From Promethearchaeota archaeon (lineage in GTDB: Archaea > Asgardarchaeota > Lokiarchaeia > Sigyniarchaeales > SOKP01), in assembly GCA_016839555.1 (NCBI GenBank), contig JAEOUA010000011.1, forward strand, positions 128,001-192,000: a stretch of DNA of 64,000 bases. The letters run 5' to 3'. The notes below the pieces were generated by a model. That model was not told where the DNA came from. It saw only the letters and a program-made list of their open reading frames with translations, and ran no database searches. Position 1 is the first letter of the stretch; the number at the start of each line of letters is the position of its first letter. Positions 57,748 through 64,000 of the stretch are shown piece by piece. A program made the position numbers and the translations under genes.

Positions 57748-60231
57748 ATGAAATTAGAAAATGATAAATATAGGATTAATTTTAAATTTAAACACGGCAT
57801 TTTAGATCAAAATATTAAAATTAAAACACAAAAAGGTTTTATTCCTGTTTTACGTAATTTTAACAATAAAAATATAATAAATTTTTCAAATAAACCATTA
57901 TATTTTTCAGCAATAAAGGGAAATAGAAATCCTAATAATTTTAATTTCATAATTAAATCTGATTCTGATATTGATATAGAATTTATTCCATCTATTGATA
58001 ATGAAGAGAATACTATTTATGAGAAATATGTAATCTTATTTCATAAAAAGAAAACATTATCCAAAATCTTAGCTGAGTTCGAAATTTGTTTAGGAAATCA
58101 AGCCGGTTTTGTTTGGGTACCACATCTCAGACCAAAACAAAAATATGTTATTGGAGATCATATTTTTAGATCTCCAGTAATTATCTATTCATCCAAAACT
58201 ATTGCATGTGCGTTAATTCCAGATTTAGATGAACTTAAAGAAAATAGACGATACCCCACTTATCTTAATTTGGAGATATACTCAAAAAATGAGAAAAATC
58301 CATACTTATCTTATGGTTTTGGGAAATATAAACCAGTAAAACATGTCTTTTTCAAAAAACAATGGTATAAGAAAATGAAATTCAAAAAAGGAGATTCCCT
58401 TACTTTTGGCTATTATATAAAGTTATTTCATAATAAATCACGCTCAGAACTTATCAAGACAATAAATTCATTTTTATGGATTAAATATGGTAAAAAACTA
58501 CTAAGACAGAATTTGAATCCTCAAATTCTTCCTTATAATATTAACGTACAAGAAGGCTTAAAAGCAATATTTAAGAGACATGAATATTGGGGCAATTTTT
58601 ATATAAATAATAAAAAGTGTGGTGGTATATGGCAAAGAAGTTGGTTAGGGAAGAAAAAGGCACCTTTAGAATATGTAGAACCAAAAGATTTAGCTTCTCA
58701 TAAAAAAGCCAGAATGAAAGAAATAGTTGGTACAAAATCAATTTTAGGGAAAATAATAATAAATATATCTTTTTCACCGAAGACTATTAAATTTTTTGAT
58801 AAGTTCACAAGAAATTATCCTATTGTACGTCGTGTGGCTGAAGTTTGGAACAATGCCTGGTTCTTAAACATTAGAACTGGATTTGGAATTAAATTATTTG
58901 GTATTGTTTATAATGATAATGATCTTATTGAAAAAGGGAATAGAATTTTAAATACTTTATTGAATTTACCACGGAAAAGAGGTTTATTTCCAAGTGTCAT
59001 TTTACCCGCAACTAAAAACGCTCAAGATTTCTCATTCATTAATGGAGTTAAAGGTTTTAGATATGATGATGAATTTCATCTTGTTGATTGTTCACTTGCC
59101 ATGTATTGGGCACTAAAATATTATCAATATTTTGAAAAAAATGAATTAATCAACGATTTGTCCTTAAAGTTAATAAATACTATAAAAGAGATTCAATTGG
59201 ATAATGGAGCAATTCCAACATATTTACGAATTGATGATTATAGTGAGAAACCTTTTATCAGCGAAAAATTAATTAATTCTGCTAGTTCTGGTGCATCAAT
59301 GATGTTTATTTTGGAATATTATAAAATAATGAAAGAAAAAGATTTAATACTAATGGCAAAACGGATTGCTAAATTTATTCATCATGAAATATTACCAAAG
59401 AATAAATGGCAGGATTTTGAACCATTTTATAGCTGTACGAATCTACCACTTAAGTTTTATGATAAATTCACTGAGAACAATGTGATGAATTGTCTTTCAA
59501 TTTATTGGTGTGCAGAAGGATTCAAAGAGTTGTATAAAATAACTAAAAATTCCAAATATTTAAAAATAGGAGAACATATACTTGGATTATTATCCCTATT
59601 TCAACAAGTTTGGAATTTGCCTTATATCGATTATAATACTTTTGGTGGTTTTGGTGCTCAAAATGCCGACGCAGAACTTGGAGATGCTAGGCAAGGATTA
59701 TTTGTCCGTACATATATGGATTATTATTTACTCACTGGAAATAAAGAATATATGGAGAGAGGAATTGCTGCCTTAAGAGCATGTTGGGCATTACAATTAC
59801 TAGAAGAATATAAAGATCAATGCCCTGGAAATTTATTAGGTATTGATAGCATAAAAGATATTGATAAAGGTTGCGTGAATGAGAATTATGGTCATTCGGG
59901 AATAGACTTTCGGACCCCTGGTTATGAAATGTTTGATTGGGGTATAGGAACATCAATTATGGCTACAGCTTACGTTAAATATAACTTTGGAGATCTATTT
60001 ATAGACTTTAAAGAACAAGCTGTTTGGGGAATTGATGGTCTTTTAATTGAAGAATATAATTTTAGTTCTAATATTATTGAAATATATTGCAAAATCATTC
60101 TAAATAAAAAAAATATTATCATAAAAGCTAGAAATATACCAGAAAATCTCATAAATATAAAAATTAATAATCAGCTAATTAAATTAAGAGACAATAATCA
60201 ATTAAAAAAAGGGTTTATATTTACTATTTAA
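57748..60231 (+). CDS. Large protein with a probable (alpha/alpha)6 glycoside-hydrolase-like domain
   Basis: Helical repeats (QLDNGAIP, LYKITKNSKYL, YYLLTGNKEYMERG) and ENYGH. Confidence 0.65.
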   Translation: MKLENDKYRINFKFKHGILDQNIKIKTQKGFIPVLRNFNNKNIINFSNKPLYFSAIKGNRNPNNFNFIIKSDSDIDIEFIPSIDNEENTIYEKYVILFHKKKTLSKILAEFEICLGNQAGFVWVPHLRPKQKYVIGDHIFRSPVIIYSSKTIACALIPDLDELKENRRYPTYLNLEIYSKNEKNPYLSYGFGKYKPVKHVFFKKQWYKKMKFKKGDSLTFGYYIKLFHNKSRSELIKTINSFLWIKYGKKLLRQNLNPQILPYNINVQEGLKAIFKRHEYWGNFYINNKKCGGIWQRSWLGKKKAPLEYVEPKDLASHKKARMKEIVGTKSILGKIIINISFSPKTIKFFDKFTRNYPIVRRVAEVWNNAWFLNIRTGFGIKLFGIVYNDNDLIEKGNRILNTLLNLPRKRGLFPSVILPATKNAQDFSFINGVKGFRYDDEFHLVDCSLAMYWALKYYQYFEKNELINDLSLKLINTIKEIQLDNGAIPTYLRIDDYSEKPFISEKLINSASSGASMMFILEYYKIMKEKDLILMAKRIAKFIHHEILPKNKWQDFEPFYSCTNLPLKFYDKFTENNVMNCLSIYWCAEGFKELYKITKNSKYLKIGEHILGLLSLFQQVWNLPYIDYNTFGGFGAQNADAELGDARQGLFVRTYMDYYLLTGNKEYMERGIAALRACWALQLLEEYKDQCPGNLLGIDSIKDIDKGCVNENYGHSGIDFRTPGYEMFDWGIGTSIMATAYVKYNFGDLFIDFKEQAVWGIDGLLIEEYNFSSNIIEIYCKIILNKKNIIIKARNIPENLINIKINNQLIKLRDNNQLKKGFIFTI

Positions 60232-60390
60232 AATTTTTTATAAGAAAGGTATTATTAAAAGAATTATTTTGGTTTAAAATATTATCATTAAAATTTTTAA
60301 TATTTTTAAATCAGACATATAGAGAGCCTTAGAAGATAAATATGAGAAATATCATTTTATAAAGTTAATGATATTATTGAATTCGTATAA

Positions 60391-61527
60391 TTAGTAACTT
60401 AAGAGAAATTTATTTCCTAAATGCACGTTATTTAAGTATTTCTTAGCAATAATGAGACATCTCATAGCTTGTTCATTAGGGTTAATTCCTAAATCTCTCA
60501 TCTGATAATCGGGATGGAAGACTAATAATGAATAGGGAATATTTTCATCTATGGAGCTAATAAATTGGGCAATTTTTTCAACATCTTTATAAATTGTGTA
60601 TCCAGGCACTAAAAGAGTGCATCCACTTAGCTCTGGCATTTCTTTTTCTCTCGTTCCAAAATATTTTTCTGCTAAGAATTTAAAATTAGAAAGTGTTCGT
60701 TTATTAGTATTACCACATAAAGCATAGTTTAATTTTTCATAAAATGCTTTTAAATCAAATTTAATATTTCCGCCGGTTTTTATTGCGATTTTCATGCATT
60801 CTTCAACCAAATCTCTATTTCCACTTCCATTCCATTCCCAACACACTCGAAATTTTCTTTTTTTTTGGTATTTTATCTTTTTAAGTATCAGATTTGAAAT
60901 CCTTATTGTAAATCTAAGTTGAGGTTCAGGGGTCCCTCCAAAATAACAGATACACGTAATTTTTTCATTATTAGCAATTTCCTCAGCTACATCTTCCGCA
61001 CATACTAGATTTCTTTTTGAAATAATCTTATGAGAGGCATTTTGACAAAATAAACAATCAAAAGAACAACCATACAAAAAGGCGGCATAACTGTAAGTGC
61101 CAAATTCAGGACCTTGATAATTGGAATATTCAGGAAATCCATATTCAGTTCCAGCAGGACAAAACCAAGCATTGCAGCAGTTTGTAGGATTTGAATCGAG
61201 ATATCCATGTAGATAACCTTCTGATTGATTAGGCATAGGTAGCTTTCCTTCCCTATCCTTTTTTATATTTCGCAAGCCACAATAACTTGTATCCTCCTCT
61301 GAAAGCCTACATTCATTTATACATAAATTACAGATAAATTTTAATTCTGATTCGGGGCATTTTGGAGGGGATGGGGGCAATCCTACTTGTTCTCGAACTC
61401 TCGCATGAATGGACATAACATGACTTTTTACTCTCTCCCAATCCTTGGTAAGAATACACTCCCTGCAAATCTTGAGAGTCTGTGAAATTAATTTATCTTT
61501 TTTCCCACAAAATTCACAAGTACCCAT
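60391..61527 (-). CDS. Radical SAM protein (PFL-activase / AmmeMemoRadiSam-like) with N-terminal Cys clusters
   Basis: GCSFDCLFCQN (CxxxCxxC), FGGTP, NG, DLKA, LLVPGY and FHP. The N-terminus has CxxC...CxxC and CxxC-x3-C. Confidence 0.9.
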   Translation of the reverse strand: MGTCEFCGKKDKLISQTLKICRECILTKDWERVKSHVMSIHARVREQVGLPPSPPKCPESELKFICNLCINECRLSEEDTSYCGLRNIKKDREGKLPMPNQSEGYLHGYLDSNPTNCCNAWFCPAGTEYGFPEYSNYQGPEFGTYSYAAFLYGCSFDCLFCQNASHKIISKRNLVCAEDVAEEIANNEKITCICYFGGTPEPQLRFTIRISNLILKKIKYQKKRKFRVCWEWNGSGNRDLVEECMKIAIKTGGNIKFDLKAFYEKLNYALCGNTNKRTLSNFKFLAEKYFGTREKEMPELSGCTLLVPGYTIYKDVEKIAQFISSIDENIPYSLLVFHPDYQMRDLGINPNEQAMRCLIIAKKYLNNVHLGNKFLLSY

Positions 61528-62181
61528 TTATTCAACCTCTTTTTTTAATAATAAAAAGGTTTGCCCTCCTTTTTGCTGAGGATTATCTTTAATAACAAAT
61601 CCAGTAAAATTATTATTGATAAATGAAGTAAGATAAAGTTTTAATTCTTTTTGATTATATGGATAAAATTCAATCACAGCACGTCCTTTTTGCTTTAAAA
61701 TTAAAAATATTTGTCGAGCTGTTTCATCTAATACTTTTCTCATACTTTTTAAATCAGTCTTTTTATATGTTATAAAATTATATGCCGAGATAGAAATAAT
61801 AAAGTCGATTTTTTGAGGTTTTATAGGGAGATTGATTATACTAGCTAAGATGAGTTCCTCTCGAGTTTTATAATTAGATTTATTTCTCTTTTGGGATGCG
61901 ATTATCAACATATCTTTTAAGACATCAATTCCCACTACATTAAATCCGAGATTTAATAATTCATTGGTTGAGAAACTGGTTCCACAACCTAAATCCAATA
62001 TAAGATAATCTGAAAACTCTAATTTTTCATACTCTCCTAATTTTGGATCAAATAAATATTCAACACATCTTAGCGTAGTTGTTCTCTGATTCCTTTCCAT
62101 CCATGTTAAATTATTATATTCAATTGCCTTTTCTCCAGTGTAATCATCTGGAAAACGTGGCAGAGAATGTTTTCGTGTCAT
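61528..62181 (-). CDS. Bud23/WBSCR22-like class I SAM methyltransferase
   Basis: Y-x4-A-x2-Y...Q...TLR, ILDLGCG, IISISA, G-x-AV-x-EFYP and FTG-x4-DNP-x2-K. Likely start is ATG 62181 (the track uses TTG 62196). Confidence 0.75.
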   Translation of the reverse strand: MTRKHSLPRFPDDYTGEKAIEYNNLTWMERNQRTTTLRCVEYLFDPKLGEYEKLEFSDYLILDLGCGTSFSTNELLNLGFNVVGIDVLKDMLIIASQKRNKSNYKTREELILASIINLPIKPQKIDFIISISAYNFITYKKTDLKSMRKVLDETARQIFLILKQKGRAVIEFYPYNQKELKLYLTSFINNNFTGFVIKDNPQQKGGQTFLLLKKEVE

Positions 62182-62430
62182 GCTATAATATTCCAAAACA
62201 ATTTTTAATTTCGTATTCTAAGTAAAAAGCTTTTTATCATTAAACAAAATTATTTAAATAAATTAATTTTTATAAAATTTGTATAGAGAAACAAGTATAT
62301 ATTACAAATATTTCGTGTTATTGCTAATAACAATTCTATAAAATACAAAATTATATAAAGGTAGATTTGTTAAAGATTTTACGTAGAGATTTTGAATTAA
62401 GTTTACATTTTAAAGAGAAATCATTTTTTA

Positions 62431-62820
62431 ATGATCAAAATGGCAGAAAAAGAAAAAGTTATATTAGTTGTTGACGATGAACCTGACATACTAAATCTTA
62501 CTAAGAAATTTTTGGATTTAGGAAATTATAAAACCATTACGTGTAGTAATGGAAAAGAAGCTATGAAAATCATAGCAGAAAAGTATAATGTGATCGATCT
62601 CATTTTATTGGATATTATGATGCCTGGTCGTGATGGATACTCCATTTTAGAGGAAATAAAGACCAATGAAGATTATAAAGATATTATTGTCGTCCTTTTC
62701 ACCGTTAAGAGCTTCAACGAGGACATTCAAAAAGGAAAACGATTAGGAGCTGATTTTTACATTACTAAGCCTTTTTCGGGAAAAGAACTTTTAAAAAAAA
62801 TAGATGAAATATTAGCATAA
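62431..62820 (+). CDS. Single-domain response regulator (CheY-like receiver)
   Basis: VVDDE, LLDIMMP, T and YITKPF. Confidence 0.93.
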   Translation: MIKMAEKEKVILVVDDEPDILNLTKKFLDLGNYKTITCSNGKEAMKIIAEKYNVIDLILLDIMMPGRDGYSILEEIKTNEDYKDIIVVLFTVKSFNEDIQKGKRLGADFYITKPFSGKELLKKIDEILA

Positions 62821-62975
62821 AAACATTGAGATTAAATTAGATGTGCTCTCTTAAATAATGAGAGTTTAGGGAAAGAAAAAGTCTAAAATTTTTAGGAAGA
62901 TGAAAAACCTTTTTCTCAACATCGCAAATTATCCTATTTATTATTTTTTTAGATTTTTATAAAAAGAAAGATGCA

Positions 62976-63098
62976 TTAAAATAAACCTGAGATAGCAGAA
63001 GCTATAAAAAGTAATCCAATAATAACAAAAATGAGAGCTATAATACCTAGGATTCCTAATAGAATAAGAAAGGCTGTTTCTGCTTTACTTGTTTTCAT
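62976..63098 (-). CDS. 40-aa single-pass membrane microprotein
   Basis: Below the track cutoff. MKTSKAETAFLILLGILGIIALIFVIIGLLFIASAISGLF*, with an AGGAG SD upstream. Confidence 0.65.
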   Translation of the reverse strand: MKTSKAETAFLILLGILGIIALIFVIIGLLFIASAISGLF

Positions 63099-63113
63099 TA
63101 ATTTTCTCCTTAT

Positions 63114-63135
63114 GGTAAATTTTTAAAAATTTACC
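63114..63135. promoter_or_regulatory. Perfect 22-bp palindrome GGTAAATTTTTAAAAATTTACC
   Basis: Read directly. It lies in the divergent spacer between the microprotein and the PIG-L gene. Confidence 0.5.
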
Positions 63136-63231
63136 CAATGGTTCTAAAGTTTTTTTTATTTTCTAATTTAAATAAATATATACTTATTATAATATATTAA
63201 AATTGGGAAAAAAGCAAAATAACTGAAAAAA

Positions 63232-63909
63232 TTGAAAAAGATAGTAGTTTTTGCTCCTCACCCAGACGACGAGCTTATAGGAGCTGGGGGGAGCATCTTA
63301 AAATGGATGGATGAAGGATATGAAACTCATATAATTTATATCTCAGACGGAAGAGCTGGATATACATACGAAAGAAAAAATAAAAATTTAATTGAAAATG
63401 AGGAAACAAATGTATCAGAAGAAGAATTAGCACAAATTAGAATGAATGAAATTGATAAGATAATAAAATTCTTGGAAATTCCAAAAAACAATATTCACAA
63501 GTTTAAAATCCCTGATCAAAAAGTCCGAGAGTTTATGCAATCAGGTATTGAGCAAAGTAAAAAAATTATAAAAGATGCGGATCGATTAGTAATTCCAAGT
63601 AATAATAATCCTCACGTGGATCATCAAGCGACTTTCGATATCGCAACTAAAGCAGCTAAAGAATTAAATTTGCAGCACAATGAATTTTATGTTTATGCTG
63701 TTTATTTGAATATTAAAGCCCCAAAAAACCATAAAATAAAAATTGACATAAAAAATTATAATAAAAAGGTTTATGAAGCACTCCAGCTTTATAAATCGCA
63801 AAGATTTATCAAAACGGTAAAAGCTGCATTTGAAAATAAAAAGAAACAAAAATGGGAACACTTTGGAGTTTTTTCCCTCAGGGATCTTGGAAAATTTTAC
63901 AATTTTTAA
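63232..63909 (+). CDS. PIG-L/LmbE-family deacetylase
   Basis: APHPDDE, SDG, R-x2-E, HVDH and YKSQ. Confidence 0.9.
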   Translation: MKKIVVFAPHPDDELIGAGGSILKWMDEGYETHIIYISDGRAGYTYERKNKNLIENEETNVSEEELAQIRMNEIDKIIKFLEIPKNNIHKFKIPDQKVREFMQSGIEQSKKIIKDADRLVIPSNNNPHVDHQATFDIATKAAKELNLQHNEFYVYAVYLNIKAPKNHKIKIDIKNYNKKVYEALQLYKSQRFIKTVKAAFENKKKQKWEHFGVFSLRDLGKFYNF

Positions 63910-64000
63910 GGAATTTAGAATAGAACATTCTGTTTTTGTTTAATAAAAAGTCTAATTTGATATGGAAATAGATTCTTGCTTTCTATTAAGATAAATAAGC

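Noticed and set aside
3392-63861. Numerous 60-160 aa ORFs antisense to or overlapping recognised genes (e.g. 4863-5195, 7275-7688, 11451-11831, 32882-33358, 49432-49662, 53531-53725)
   Set aside because: They are shadow frames of well-supported genes and have no motifs of their own.
1-64000. CRISPR arrays, tRNA/rRNA genes, IS elements and integrases
   Set aside because: I saw no regularly spaced repeats, cloverleaf-like GC-rich segments or transposase/integrase motifs by eye. A covariance-model scan could still find small RNAs.

Overview
This is an AT-rich archaeal chromosomal segment (roughly 28-30% GC by eye). It most likely comes from an Asgard archaeon of the Lokiarchaeia type, inferred from the combination of eL33/L35Ae, TFB, XPD, GAN/RecJ, the H4MPT C1 enzymes (Mch, Mtd, Ftr), a Rag-type GTPase with a roadblock-like tail and a eukaryote-type presenilin. 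About 55 protein genes cover housekeeping, proteolysis, sugar uptake and surface functions. I saw no rRNA, tRNA, CRISPR array or intact transposase. Most notable: (1) a Bud23/WBSCR22-like methyltransferase directly abutting a radical SAM gene; (2) four reading frames, two missing from the ORF track and two 5'-truncated in it, that lack a usable in-frame ATG/GTG/TTG at their true start and appear to begin at ATT/ATA or need a +1 shift; (3) a stand-alone GGDEF-like protein near a PHP phosphoesterase; (4) a presenilin next to an M28 peptidase; (5) an in-frame amber codon in trmO; (6) a high-GC, bacterial-type hydrolase gene fused to a host-like tail, with a divergent regulator and a clean operator palindrome. 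All family calls come from motif recognition by eye, not database searches.
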